From positions 2,656,001-2,720,000 of the forward strand of contig OZ243916.1 in assembly GCA_965213675.1 (NCBI GenBank): 64,000 bases of DNA. Reading direction: 5' to 3'. Source of the DNA: an uncultured Candidatus Binatia bacterium (GTDB lineage: Bacteria > Desulfobacterota > Binatia > UBA9968 > JAJDTQ01). The position numbers and the translations under genes are program-made. The notes below the pieces were generated by a model that did no database searches, had not been told where the DNA came from, and was given only the letters and a program-made list of their open reading frames with translations. Position 1 is the first letter of the stretch. The number at the start of each line of letters is the position of its first letter. Of the stretch, positions 9,929 through 19,509 are shown one piece after another.

Positions 9929-10260
9929 GGATCGTCCCGGGAAGGCTCACAGACCGGTACGCCGCACGCCTCCGGGTTACCGCCGCAACAGTTCTCCGTG
10001 AGATAGCCGAGCAACTCGGTCATGGTTGCAAAGTTGGACCGGTAGATCAGCGAGCGCGACTCCCGCCTGAACTCCACCAGCCCGGCCTGCTTCAGCGTAT
10101 TGAGGTGAAACGACAGGGTGGCCAGCGGCAGCCCGAGCCGCTTCCCGATGTGGCCGGCGGGCAGCCCCTCCGGCCCCACCTCCACCAGCAGGCGGAAGAT
10201 ATCCAGCCGTGTGTCCTGCGCGAGCGCGGCCAGCGCGCCCACCGCGTCCTTATGTTCCAT
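9883..10260 (-). CDS. arsR: ArsR/SmtB repressor with C-terminal CC-x6-C As(III) site
   Basis: ALAQDTRLDIFRLLV..TLSFHL..GLV..RSLIY..LTENCCGGNPEAC. Confidence 0.92.
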   Translation of the reverse strand: MEHKDAVGALAALAQDTRLDIFRLLVEVGPEGLPAGHIGKRLGLPLATLSFHLNTLKQAGLVEFRRESRSLIYRSNFATMTELLGYLTENCCGGNPEACGVPVCEPSRDDPWNNPKPTRKTSRVA

Positions 10261-10418
10261 ATTTCCAGAATTATGGAATCTTGATGAGAAATTCAAGGGC
10301 GGGCTCCCACCCTGAACTGCGGCCTCCTGTGCCCTGGCGGCTGGCAGGGCCCGCGGATGTCCTGTAGACTGAGCCGATCCGTTTCAGGCTTGTCCCCGTC
10401 ATTCGAGGAAGGACGCCC

Positions 10419-10665
10419 ATGCCACGCCAAATGCTCCGCATCGCGACATTGCTGCTGTTTTTCGGTTTGGCCGCCATGGCCGGGGCGCAACAGGCCTCCG
10501 CGCAACGCTCGGTGGAAGAAATCGAGAAGATCGTCCGCGATGGCGGCCCGGGAACAGGGGCGCTATGTCGAGTTCCACGAGGCCCTGATGCGCGTCGAGG
10601 GGAACCTGGACGACCAAACCATCATGGCCGTCGCCTGTTCCGTTGGTCTCGACACGGAGCAGCTC
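10419..10665 (+). pseudogene. Internally deleted copy of the DsbA-family gene intact at 45159
   Basis: QRSVEEIEKIVRD joined out of frame to AAREQGRYVEFHEALMRVEG..SVGLDTEQL; both match parts of 45159..45908, CxxC segment absent. Confidence 0.85.
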
Positions 10666-10676
10666 GTCCGGTTTCG

Positions 10677-10990
10677 CCTTGACCGAGAAACTCGAAAGGA
10701 TCCGCGTGGTGCTGGTGCGGCCCAAGGGGTCCGGTAATATCGGCTCCGTCGCCCGGGCGATGAAGAATACCGGCCTTCGTGACCTGGCGCTGGTGGGCCG
10801 AGGGCGCACCGACAGCTTTTCGGCGCGGGCCATGGCGGCCCACTCCCGGGACATCCTCGACGGCGCCCGCCGGTTCGACACCCTGCGCGAAGCCGTCGCC
10901 GACTGCGGCTTGGTGGTGGGCACCACCTGCCGCAAGGGATTGTACCGCGACCACGTCGAACGCCCGCGCGAAGCGGCGGCGGTCACGGGC
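10677..10990 (+). pseudogene. trmJ: 5' half of a second trmJ copy
   Basis: RIRVVLVRPKGSGNIGSVARAMKNTG..TTCRKGLYRDHVE differs from 45948..46739 at about 12 of 93 residues; similarity stops near 10990. Confidence 0.9.
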
Positions 10991-11290
10991 ATGTCGGCGT
11001 TCATGCGTTCGCTGGGCCGCCGCCAATCAGGCCGTCTCCATGTTGCGCTCCATCTACCGCGGCTCCAGTATCTACCATGAGAGGTTGCGCAACCCGACCG
11101 AGCTCTGGATCGCCGCTGGCGGCCGCCTCAACCGCAAGCGCCAGAGGCGCATCTCCTCCCTGGCCGAGGTGTTCTCGCTCCACTGGGAGCCCATCGACCT
11201 GCACCGTGGCATCCTGCGTGTCGAGGAGAACAAGACGGGTGAGCGACTGGAGCTTCCGCCCATCCGCCAACTCGCAGCCGCGCTCGCGTT
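10991..11290 (+). pseudogene. Tyrosine recombinase/integrase remnant
   Basis: NQAVSMLRSIYR..RNP.. then EVFSLHWEPIDLHRGILRVEENKTGERLELP (post-Arg box and catalytic Lys region); no HxxR or Tyr box. Confidence 0.65.
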
Positions 11291-11427
11291 GCCTGGGCTT
11301 CATGCCCCTTTCGCTTGCCGCCTTGGAGCCCCCAAGTACAATCCAGAGAGCCAGCAGTTCCAGGTGGGCGACTGGGAGGCGGTGGTTAAGGCGACCGGTG
11401 CCACCTCGAAGGACCCAGCGATTGTCT

Positions 11428-12663
11428 TCAGGCGATCAGGACAGCGCGAAAATCGTTGACGTTGGTGCGTGACGGGCCGGTCATCACCAGATCGCCGAGC
11501 CGCCGAAAAAATTCATAGCTGTCGTGCCGGGCCAGCATATCCCGCGGCTCCACTCCAACGGCATAGGCGCGCGCCAAGGTGTCGGGACCGATGAAGGCGC
11601 CGGCGGCGTCCGCAGAGCCGTCGATGCCGTCGGTGTCGCAGGCGATGGCATGGACATTCGGCGCGCCGTCGAGGGCCACGGCCAGTGCCAGGAGGTATTC
11701 GCAGTTGGGGCCGCCCCTTCCGCCCGGTCCGTCGACCATGACCGTGGCTTCGCCCCCTGAAATCAACACGCCGCAGCCCTGTTGCAGTGCCAGCTCCGCA
11801 TGTGCCGCACCCATTTCCCTCGCCTCGCCCTGAAGGTCGTCGCCGAGCTGGACTACATCGAGACCCATCTCACGCGCCTTGGCGGCAGCCGCCGCGAGCG
11901 CGTCCGCGGGACGCGCCACCAGCACATAGTCGGCCCGCGTCAGGCAAGAGTCCCCGGGCTTCACGGTTTCCCATCCACCCTCCTCCAGTGCCGTCCGTGC
12001 TCCCTCCGGAAACGCGACGCCATAGCGGCCGGCCACCGCCAGCGCGTCGGCGCAGGAGGTGGGGTCCGCCGAGGTCGGACCGGAACCGATGACCGTCGGG
12101 TCGTCGCCGGGTACGTCCGAGATGGCGAGGGTCACGACGCGCGCCGGGGCGGCCGTTGCTGCGAGGCGCCCTCCCTTGATGGCGGACAGGTGCTTGCGCA
12201 GGCAGTTGATCTCGGCGATGGGAGCGCCGGCGGCCAGCAACGCGCGGTTGATGGCCCGCTTGTCATCCAGGCTGAGGCTAGGTTGCGGTTCCACCAGCAG
12301 TGCGGACGCGCCGCCGGAAAGCAGAAACAGCAGCAGGTCGTCCGGCCCCAGCCCGGCGGCGGCCGAGAGAAAGCGCGATGCCGCGCCCTGCCCCGCCTCG
12401 TCGGGCAACGGATGGCCGGCTTCGACGACCTCGATTCGTTCGCAATCGACGCCATGGCCGTACCGGGTAACGGCGATGCCTTCGACGTCGTTCGGCCAGC
12501 TTTGCTCGACGGCCCGGGCCATGGAAGCCGCCGCCTTGCCGGCGGCCAGCACGAGGGTGCGGCCGGGCGGCGGCGAAGGCAGATGCGGCGGGACCACCTT
12601 GGCCGGGTCCGCGGTGGCGACCGCCGCCTCGAACAAGCCCCGGAGCAGGCTTCTTTCGTCCAT
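11428..12663 (-). CDS. Glycerate 2-kinase / TtuD (MOFRL) family
   Basis: AAGKAA, EAGHPLPD, LSGGASAL, SDVPGDD..IGSGPT, ISGGEATV, GRGGPN, DTDGIDG, TNVNDFR. Confidence 0.93.
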   Translation of the reverse strand: MDERSLLRGLFEAAVATADPAKVVPPHLPSPPPGRTLVLAAGKAAASMARAVEQSWPNDVEGIAVTRYGHGVDCERIEVVEAGHPLPDEAGQGAASRFLSAAAGLGPDDLLLFLLSGGASALLVEPQPSLSLDDKRAINRALLAAGAPIAEINCLRKHLSAIKGGRLAATAAPARVVTLAISDVPGDDPTVIGSGPTSADPTSCADALAVAGRYGVAFPEGARTALEEGGWETVKPGDSCLTRADYVLVARPADALAAAAAKAREMGLDVVQLGDDLQGEAREMGAAHAELALQQGCGVLISGGEATVMVDGPGGRGGPNCEYLLALAVALDGAPNVHAIACDTDGIDGSADAAGAFIGPDTLARAYAVGVEPRDMLARHDSYEFFRRLGDLVMTGPSRTNVNDFRAVLIA

Positions 12664-12668
12664 CCGGG

Positions 12669-12790
12669 TCACCGCCGTACACTCCCGCGCCGCGCGATGA
12701 CGATTCCCGTCAGAACGACGACGACGGCGCCGAGGAGCCCCAGGATCGCGAGCCGCTCGGTGCGAAGTACCACGGCAACCCGGTGGGCGG
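12669..12790 (-). pseudogene. C-terminal remnant of an EamA/DMT-type transporter
   Basis: VAVVLRTERLAILGLLGAVVVVLTGIVIARR resembles the last DMT helix; stop abuts the glycerate kinase start. Confidence 0.45.
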
Positions 12791-13082
12791 CCGGCGGTCC
12801 TTGCGATGGGTTAGTCATGAGGGATGAAGGTCGGGAGAGGGCAGTCGCCCTCTCCCGACCCGCGTCCATGGTAGACCCGAGGCCTACTTCTTCTTCCGCA
12901 ACAGGATGGGCCTCAGCGCGTCCTTGGCTTCCGCGTGAATTTCCATCCCTTGCCCTTCTACCCCTGCAAGAGCAAGTGATTTCATGCGATCTTAACCTGT
13001 CGCAGGTATGAAGCGCCATGGAAGGGGACACTCCATGAACCGTCCCGCCCGCCCCGGCAGGGACGCGACACCCTGAAACGAG

Positions 13083-13886
13083 ATGCAGCGTTCGACTCCG
13101 GAAACACGGGAACAGGCCGAGAACGCATCGCCGGATCTGCGGCCGCGCGACGTGGCGCTGGAAAACGTCGTCATGATGACCGGCCTGGGCCGTTACGACG
13201 ATGTGCGGCAGCTCCTGGCCGACCTCCACCCCGCCGACATCGCCGAGTTGATGGACCGCCTCGACGAGGCGCGGGTGCGGCAGCGGGTGTCCGGGCTGCT
13301 GCCCTCGGAGGCAGGTTCCGCGGTGTTGAGCCTGGTCTCGCCGGCGGCGCGTGACCACCTGGTGGCGAACCTGTCGGACCGGGAGCTGGCTGGGCTGGTG
13401 GAGGAGCTGGATACCGATGACGCCGCCGACCTGCTCGATACCCTGCCCGAGGAACGGACCCCCACGGTGCTGGCGGCGTTCCTGCCGGTCATCATCGCTA
13501 CCGCCGGCGCCGTGGGCCTCCAGTCCTCCACCCTGGTGGTGCGCGCCATCGCCCTGGATACCCTGTCCCTCCAGCGGGTCCTCTCCGTCATCGTCCGCGA
13601 AGCCGCCACCGGACTGGCCCTGGGCGCAAGCTGCGGCCTCATCGCCGCCGCGGCCAGCTATCTCATCAACATGGACAGTCCGGACATCCTCAAGCTGTCC
13701 CTCGCCGTGCTCATCGGCATGGTCATCTCCGTCACCGCCGCCGCCTGCGTCGGAACGGTGCAGCCCATCGTCTTCTACAAGCTCAACCGCGACCCCGCGG
13801 TCGCCGCCGGGCCCCTGGTCACCGCTTTCAACGACGTCCTGGGAACCACGCTCTACCTGCTTGTTGCGACGGCGCTTCAGGCGTAG
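13083..13886 (+). pseudogene. mgtE: MgtE Mg2+ transporter with in-frame internal deletion (CBS pair, plug helix and TM1 missing)
   Basis: MgtE_N motifs LHPADIAE and LDTDDAADLL fused directly to AAFLPVII..Q..VRAIA and DPAVAAGPLVTAFND; 267 aa versus ~450 typical. Confidence 0.82.
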
Positions 13887-13918
13887 CCGGCTCCTGGCGC
13901 AGAGCCGGCGTCCGGAAC

Positions 13919-14012
13919 CGTCATCCCGGACGCCCCAAGCCTCATCCCCGACACGCAAAGCGTCATCCCGGACGCCCCAAGTGTCATCCCGGACTTGATC
14001 CGGGATCCAGGG
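13919..14012 (+). repeat. Three 21-bp tandem units ending in a REP-like palindrome
   Basis: cgtcatcccggacgccccaag / cctcatccccgacacgcaaag / cgtcatcccggacgccccaag / tgtcatcccggacttgatccgggatccagggg. Confidence 0.85.
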
Positions 14013-14870
14013 GCGGGGAGGGGCTGCTCACACCGCATACAGTCAAGCGAATCACCATGGTCTCCTGCTTCCGCAGCGTGCAGCCTTGGCGCCCGCGGCG
14101 CAGGCAGTCGAGGTTGTGGTGGAAAACTCCCGCCTGGGCGCGGGCGAAGCCGGCGCGGCCGGAACCGCCTTCCCGGCTGCGCTGATACCGCTCCCAGTCG
14201 CAGTCGTTGGCGTCGCGCCAGTAGGCGTCGAGGACCTGCGCGGGCAGCGGTTTGAGCGCGGGCATGGTGTTGTAACGCGTCCCCGGCGGGTCGTCGCGGC
14301 CGGGCAGCCGCTGGCGTTCGCCGAGGAAACCGTGGAAGGAATAAAAGGCGTCCGGGCCGGGGAGGAACGCCAGCTCATACTCGACGCTCCCGGCCGGATC
14401 GGTGACGTCGTCCGCCGACATCATTGGCCGCTTGCCGAATCCCATCATGAAGGCCCTGGCGTCCGAGTCGAGGAATCGCACCGCGCGCCGCACCGTCCGC
14501 CCGGGGACGTGCGGATAGAGTTCGTTCGAGCGGATGACGACGTCGATGTCGAACCGTCCGTCCGGACCGGGCTCCACCGACTCTCCGACGAGGTAGGTGC
14601 GCAGGTAGTTGTGCTGTTGCACGTTGAGGGCGACGGGACGCTCGGCCGCGTCCAGCACCACGAACGCCGCGGTGTAGTGGTCGAGTTGGTGCCAGTCGTC
14701 CAGGTCCGCCACCAGCCGGAGGGGAATTGCCACCGCCAAGGGCATGGCCGCGGGCAGGCCGCTCACCCGAAACACCAAGTGGTAGGCGAGCACGGTGAAT
14801 TCCTCGACCGCCCCGCCGTCTTCGCGCGGCGCCCCCAGGCCGGTGCGCTCGACAGCGGCGTAGTCTAACC
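13984..14870 (-). pseudogene. Hypothetical protein, probably 5'-truncated
   Basis: Protein-like frame (DDWHQLDHY, QQHNYLRTYL, RSNELYPH) stays open upstream of the GTG at 14793 with no clear start; 3' end runs into the repeat. Confidence 0.5.
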
Positions 14871-15082
14871 AACAAAAAGCGGCTGAGGTGTCAAGACACG
14901 TCCGGACGCCACGCCGTGCTGGCCGCCACTATAGTCTCGGAACCACGCGCCGATGGATCTTGTGTGACCGAAGTCGAGCGATATGGATCATTCGAAACAA
15001 TACATTGACATCCCCGCGGTTTCCTGGTGCTATGGATCACGCATTGGCATCGGGCGCGGAGCACGTATGGAGACCGATCCCG

Positions 15083-15481
15083 ATGAGCCTGATCGTTACC
15101 GAAGTCTACGACGCCCTGATTGCCGCGGGTGCCCCCGATGACAAGGCCAGAGCAGCCGCCGGCGCGATTCCGATGGTGGAAACCCTCGCTACCAAACAAG
15201 ACATGGCTGACCTGAACGCCGCCTCCAAGCAGGACATGGCTGAATTCAGGACTGAAATGAAGCAGGACTTCACTGAATTCAGGACCGAGATGAAGCAGGA
15301 CTTCGCTGAATTCAGGACCGAGACCAAGCAGGAGATGACTGAATTCAAGGCCGAGACGAAAGGGGGCATCGTCGGCCTGAAGGAAGACGTCCATGTGCTG
15401 AAGCGCGATATGGCGGTCCTGAAGCTGGCATTCGCCCCTGCCGTTCTTGCCTTGCTTGTGAAGCTGGTCTTCTTCCCATGA
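15083..15481 (+). CDS. Coiled-coil protein with C-terminal membrane anchor (DUF1640/CCDC90-like) and 11-aa repeats
   Basis: EVYDALIAAGAPDDKARAAA head, LATKQD neck, five 33-bp repeats at 15194-15358 (KQDxxEFRTEx), hydrophobic tail. Confidence 0.75.
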   Translation: MSLIVTEVYDALIAAGAPDDKARAAAGAIPMVETLATKQDMADLNAASKQDMAEFRTEMKQDFTEFRTEMKQDFAEFRTETKQEMTEFKAETKGGIVGLKEDVHVLKRDMAVLKLAFAPAVLALLVKLVFFP

Positions 15482-15592
15482 CCCCTTCCTCCTGACCGGC
15501 GTCGACGCCTGCGCCGAAACGCGGACCGGTTGCCTCGACCTGCCCGATGGTAATATGCATGGGGGTGCAACCCCCACGAGGAGGCATCGCCC

Positions 15593-16561
15593 ATGGAAAC
15601 CCTGTTCAACAGCCCGGACAAGTTCAAGAACCGCTTCGCCACCGTCGACGGCTACAAGACCCACTACATCGAGGCCGGGGAAGGAAACCCTCAGAAGCTG
15701 CTGCTGGTGCACGGCGGCGCCATCGAGGTGGGCATGGGCTGCTACCGCTGGTACGCCAACATCATCCCGCTGGCAAAAAAATTCCACGTCTTCGCCATCG
15801 ACGAGTTGGGTCACGGCTACACCGACCCGCCGCGTGATCTCGACGACCTGAGCCACATCCGGGTGCGGGCGGACCACGTGTTGAACTTCATCGAGACCCT
15901 CGGTCTTGGCCCCGTCAACATCGCCGGCCAGTCCCAGGGCGGCTGGATCGTCACCTACATCACCCTCCTGCGGCCGGATCTCGTGCGAAAGCTGATCCTC
16001 ATCGACAGCGGCAGCACCGCCGGGCGGCCCGCGGAGGTGGCCTCTCTTCAGGCCACCGACGTGGACGGCGTAGCGGTGTCCGGGGACACCAACGAGCTGC
16101 CCTACCAAAAGGTGTTGTTCGAGCCCGGCACCATGCGCCCGAAGAAGGGGCTGACCGACACCCGGGAAGGCGTGCGCACCTATGCCAGCGCGTTCTTCTA
16201 CGACAAGTCCATGGTGACCGAGGAGTTCCTCGACCACCTGATGGAACTGTCCGGCAGGTGGAGCCAGCTCTACGACGACCACCGGGGCGAGAAATACTGG
16301 GCCAAGACCACCCTGGCCGGCCAGCGCCGGCAACTGGAGATCGACGGCCAGCACATCCGGGAACACGTGCACAAGATCGAGACGTCCACGCTGGTGGTGT
16401 GGGGCAAGAACTCGAACAAGGGCCTCGACATGGGGTACCTGCTCTACAAGCTCTTTCCCAATGCCCAGATGCACATCCTCGACAAGGCCAACCACTTCCT
16501 GTGGCTGGACCAGTGGGAAGATTTCAACGCGCTGGTGGAGTGGTTCATCGAGAAGGAATAG
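15593..16561 (+). CDS. Alpha/beta-hydrolase paralog 1
   Basis: LLVHGG, DELGHG, GQSQGG, DKANHF; aggagg RBS. Confidence 0.93.
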   Translation: METLFNSPDKFKNRFATVDGYKTHYIEAGEGNPQKLLLVHGGAIEVGMGCYRWYANIIPLAKKFHVFAIDELGHGYTDPPRDLDDLSHIRVRADHVLNFIETLGLGPVNIAGQSQGGWIVTYITLLRPDLVRKLILIDSGSTAGRPAEVASLQATDVDGVAVSGDTNELPYQKVLFEPGTMRPKKGLTDTREGVRTYASAFFYDKSMVTEEFLDHLMELSGRWSQLYDDHRGEKYWAKTTLAGQRRQLEIDGQHIREHVHKIETSTLVVWGKNSNKGLDMGYLLYKLFPNAQMHILDKANHFLWLDQWEDFNALVEWFIEKE

Positions 16562-16582
16562 GGGCGACCCGCGGTCGCCCCC
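16559..16582 (+). repeat. REP family A palindrome (other copies 38742-38765, 49137-49158, 49447-49472, 59172-59190; degenerate ~63880-63905)
   Basis: (G/A)TAG or GCAG followed by GGGCGACC-N3-GGTCGCCC, mostly at or just after stop codons. Confidence 0.8.
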
Positions 16583-16624
16583 TGGTGGAACCACCGTACG
16601 ACCGTTCCCCGAGGAGGTACTCCA

Positions 16625-17611
16625 GTGGACACGCTGTTCAACAGCCCCGAGAAGTACCGGAAGCACGACGAGACCATCGACGGCTACCGCACCCACTTCA
16701 TTGAGGCCGGCGACCCGACCAACGACCGGCTTCTGCTGGTCCACGGCGGCAGCGCCGCCCTGGGCGCGGGCCTCTACCGGTGGTGGCCCACGGTGCTGCC
16801 GCTGGCCGAGAAGCTCCACGTGTTCGCCATCGACGAGCTGGGCCACGGTTTCACCGACCCGCCGCGAGACATTGCCAACCTGGGCCACGTACGCGTGCGC
16901 GCCGAGCACGTCATCCGTTTCATCGAGGAACGGGGGCTGGGGCCCATCAACCTGTGCGGACAATCCCAGGGCGGCTGGATCGTCACCTACATCACTATCA
17001 CCCGCCCGGAGCTGGTGAAGAAGCTCGTATTGGTGGACAGCGGCAGCACCGCGGGGTCCGGCTTCAAGACCGGCGCCAAGAACGACGCGGCAGACGTTCA
17101 GGAGATCGACGGAGAGAAGATCCAGACCGGGGGCGGCGAGCTGCCGTACTTCAAGAAGATCTTCGAGCCCGGCACCATGCTGCCCAAGGAGGGGCTGCTG
17201 GACACCCGCGAAGGCATCCGCATGTACACGGAGACTTTCGCATACGACCCTGGCATGGTCACCGACGAGTACGTGGACTACCTCGAGGAAACCTCCAAGC
17301 GCTGGACGGCCTACTACCTGGAGCACCGGGGCAAGAAGTTCTGGGACAAGAAGGACGTCAAGGGCCATCACGACATGTACTTCTTCGAAGGCAAGCACAT
17401 CCGCGACCACGTCCACCGCATCAAGAACCCGACGCTTTTCATCGCCGGCAAGAACTCGGTCAAGGGCATCGATCCGCAGTACGAGCTTTACAAACGCATG
17501 CCCAACGCGCAGATGCACATCCTGGACAAGGCCAGCCACTTCTGCTGGTGGGACCAAGTGCGGGATTTCAACGACCTGGTGCAGTGGTTCGTTACAAAAG
17601 GGGAGGACTAG
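16625..17611 (+). CDS. Alpha/beta-hydrolase paralog 2
   Basis: Same motifs (GQSQGG, DKASHF); GTG start after aggagg. Confidence 0.93.
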   Translation: MDTLFNSPEKYRKHDETIDGYRTHFIEAGDPTNDRLLLVHGGSAALGAGLYRWWPTVLPLAEKLHVFAIDELGHGFTDPPRDIANLGHVRVRAEHVIRFIEERGLGPINLCGQSQGGWIVTYITITRPELVKKLVLVDSGSTAGSGFKTGAKNDAADVQEIDGEKIQTGGGELPYFKKIFEPGTMLPKEGLLDTREGIRMYTETFAYDPGMVTDEYVDYLEETSKRWTAYYLEHRGKKFWDKKDVKGHHDMYFFEGKHIRDHVHRIKNPTLFIAGKNSVKGIDPQYELYKRMPNAQMHILDKASHFCWWDQVRDFNDLVQWFVTKGED

Positions 17612-17614
17612 TCA

Positions 17615-18604
17615 ATGGAAAGAGCAACCATCTTCAACAGCCCGGACAAGTGGAACAGCCGCTTCGTCACCGCGGACGGCTACAGGACCCACTACATCGA
17701 GGCCGGCGAATCCAACGCGGAACGGGTGCTCATGTGCCACGGCGGCGCCAACGAGATCGGCATGGGCAACTACCGCTGGTATCCGAACATCGTTCCGCTG
17801 GGCGAGCACCTTCACGTCTACGCCGTCGACGAGTTGGGGCACGGCCAGACCGACCCGCCGCGCAACCTGGACGACCTGGGCCACGTGCGCGTGCGCGCGG
17901 AGCACGTCATCAGCTTCATCGAGGCCCTGGAGCTGGCGCCGGTAAATCTCGTCGGCCAGTCCCAAGGCGGCTGGATCGTCACCTACATCACCATCAAACG
18001 GCCTGACCTGGTCAAGAAGCTGATCCTGGTCGACAGCGGCAGCACTGCGGGATCAGGCATCCGCAAGGCGGGCGAGGGGCGGCAAGTCATCGAGGTGGAC
18101 GGCCAGCAGGTGGAGGTGGACGGCAGCGGCGACCTGCCCTACTTCAAGGACGTGTTCGAGCCCGGAACCATGATGCCCAAGGAGGGGCTCACGACCACGC
18201 GGGACGGTCTCCGCAAGTACGTCGGGGCCTTCGTCTACAACAAGGACATGGTCACCGAAGAGTACCTGGACCACCTGATGGAGCTGTCCGCCCGCTGGAA
18301 CGACCTCTACATGGCGCACAAGGGGAAAGAGTACTGGGAGAAGAACGGCATGCAGGGCGCCAGCAAGATGTACTACTTCGACGGCGCCCACATCCGCGAC
18401 CACGTCCACAGGATCAGCGTCCCGACCCTGGTCATGTGGGGCCGCAACTCCAACAAGGGCATCGACCCCGGCTACGATCTCTACAAGAGCATCCCCAACG
18501 CCCAGATGCACATCTTCGACAAGGCCAGCCATTTCATTTGGCTGGACCAGCCCGAGGACTTCAACGACCTGGTGACGTGGTTTCTGGGGAGAGACTCGTC
18601 GTAG
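17615..18604 (+). CDS. Alpha/beta-hydrolase paralog 3
   Basis: Same motifs (GQSQGG, DKASHF). Confidence 0.93.
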   Translation: MERATIFNSPDKWNSRFVTADGYRTHYIEAGESNAERVLMCHGGANEIGMGNYRWYPNIVPLGEHLHVYAVDELGHGQTDPPRNLDDLGHVRVRAEHVISFIEALELAPVNLVGQSQGGWIVTYITIKRPDLVKKLILVDSGSTAGSGIRKAGEGRQVIEVDGQQVEVDGSGDLPYFKDVFEPGTMMPKEGLTTTRDGLRKYVGAFVYNKDMVTEEYLDHLMELSARWNDLYMAHKGKEYWEKNGMQGASKMYYFDGAHIRDHVHRISVPTLVMWGRNSNKGIDPGYDLYKSIPNAQMHIFDKASHFIWLDQPEDFNDLVTWFLGRDSS

Positions 18605-18754
18605 TTCTTTAAGTAGATGATATATAAGAATTATTTACGAAACTGCTCGCTGCCCTACCCACGCTCTTGCCCACGCCCCAATCGCTCCATCCGCCACCGC
18701 CGGCGCGCCCATGCGTCACCGGCGACCTCAGACCCCGCTACTCTGCCATCAACT

Positions 18755-19089
18755 TCATGGGCTGGCTGCCTGGACGTGTTAGACCCGCCTTTGCAGCGCG
18801 CCGGACAGGACGTCTATTACGTTGGGAACCAGCGTCGAAGTTCGTCGGGTCGGTTGCTTGCGGCCAGCATGATGACGACCGGGAGCGGCAGATCGTCCTG
18901 GTTCTGCTGATGCGCGAACCCACGGTCTACGGTGAGCAACGCATCGAATCCGCTATCCGCCGCGAGGCCGAGGAGGGTGCCGTTTCCGGTGCCGGCCCAT
19001 CCCATCTGAGGGACAGTTCGAACCTCGAAAGTGGCTGGAAAGGACATCCGTAGGGGCCGGGGCACCGACTCGTCAAGCAGCAGCCTCAT
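18755..19089 (-). pseudogene. DUF5615 PIN-like toxin, frameshifted near the C-terminus
   Basis: MRLLLDESVP..GWAG..NG.LL..A..FDALLTVDRGFAHQQN; natural-looking tail LVPNVIDVLSGALQRRV lies in another frame after a 1-bp loss near 18835 and also contains TAA. Confidence 0.75.
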
Positions 19090-19297
19090 CCTGCTCGCCG
19101 ACCAGAATCATCCTGGCTTTTTCCAGCACCGCGACAGCTTGATCCCGGGACACCGAAGGGAAGTCCTGAAGAAAGTCGTCGAGCCGGTCACCCGCTTCGA
19201 GGTACTCCATGAGTATGCGCACCGGAACCCTCGTGCGGGCGAACACCGGGGTGCCTCCGAGGATGTCGGGATTTCTGTTTATCGGTTCATCGTTCAT
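19073..19297 (-). CDS. DUF433 antitoxin
   Basis: NPDILGGTPVFARTRVPV..L..G..LDDFLQDFPSV; overlaps the toxin start. Confidence 0.9.
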   Translation of the reverse strand: MNDEPINRNPDILGGTPVFARTRVPVRILMEYLEAGDRLDDFLQDFPSVSRDQAVAVLEKARMILVGEQDEAAA

Positions 19298-19344
19298 GGT
19301 TACCACATCGCGGGTACGGCGTTCGGCTTCTCCTGCCTGACAGG

Positions 19345-19509
19345 CTGGTGTGGTGTCTGGTTGATTCGCGTCATAATCTGCGGGTCTTTTTCGCCGTCGG
19401 CTGCGTTGCTCTTCCTCGCGTGGTAACCGCCACTGCTCGTCATCGCGCCTTGCCGACAACAAAATATCCTCCGCAGATTATGACGCGAATCAACCAGACA
19501 CCACACTAG
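19345..19509. mobile_element. 165-bp MITE-like element, copy 1
   Basis: TIR tgtggtgtctggttgattcgcgtcataatctgcgg / ccgcagattatgacgcgaatcaaccagacaccaca; CTGG and CTAG flanks; near-identical copy at 49235. Confidence 0.88.

Noticed and set aside
13919-14012. 21-bp repeats as a mini-CRISPR
   Set aside because: Units 1 and 3 are identical, the variable part is only ~9 bp, and the repeat derives from a REP arm.
15194-15358. 33-bp periodic repeats as a CRISPR array
   Set aside because: Contiguous in-frame coding repeats with no unique spacers and no cas genes.
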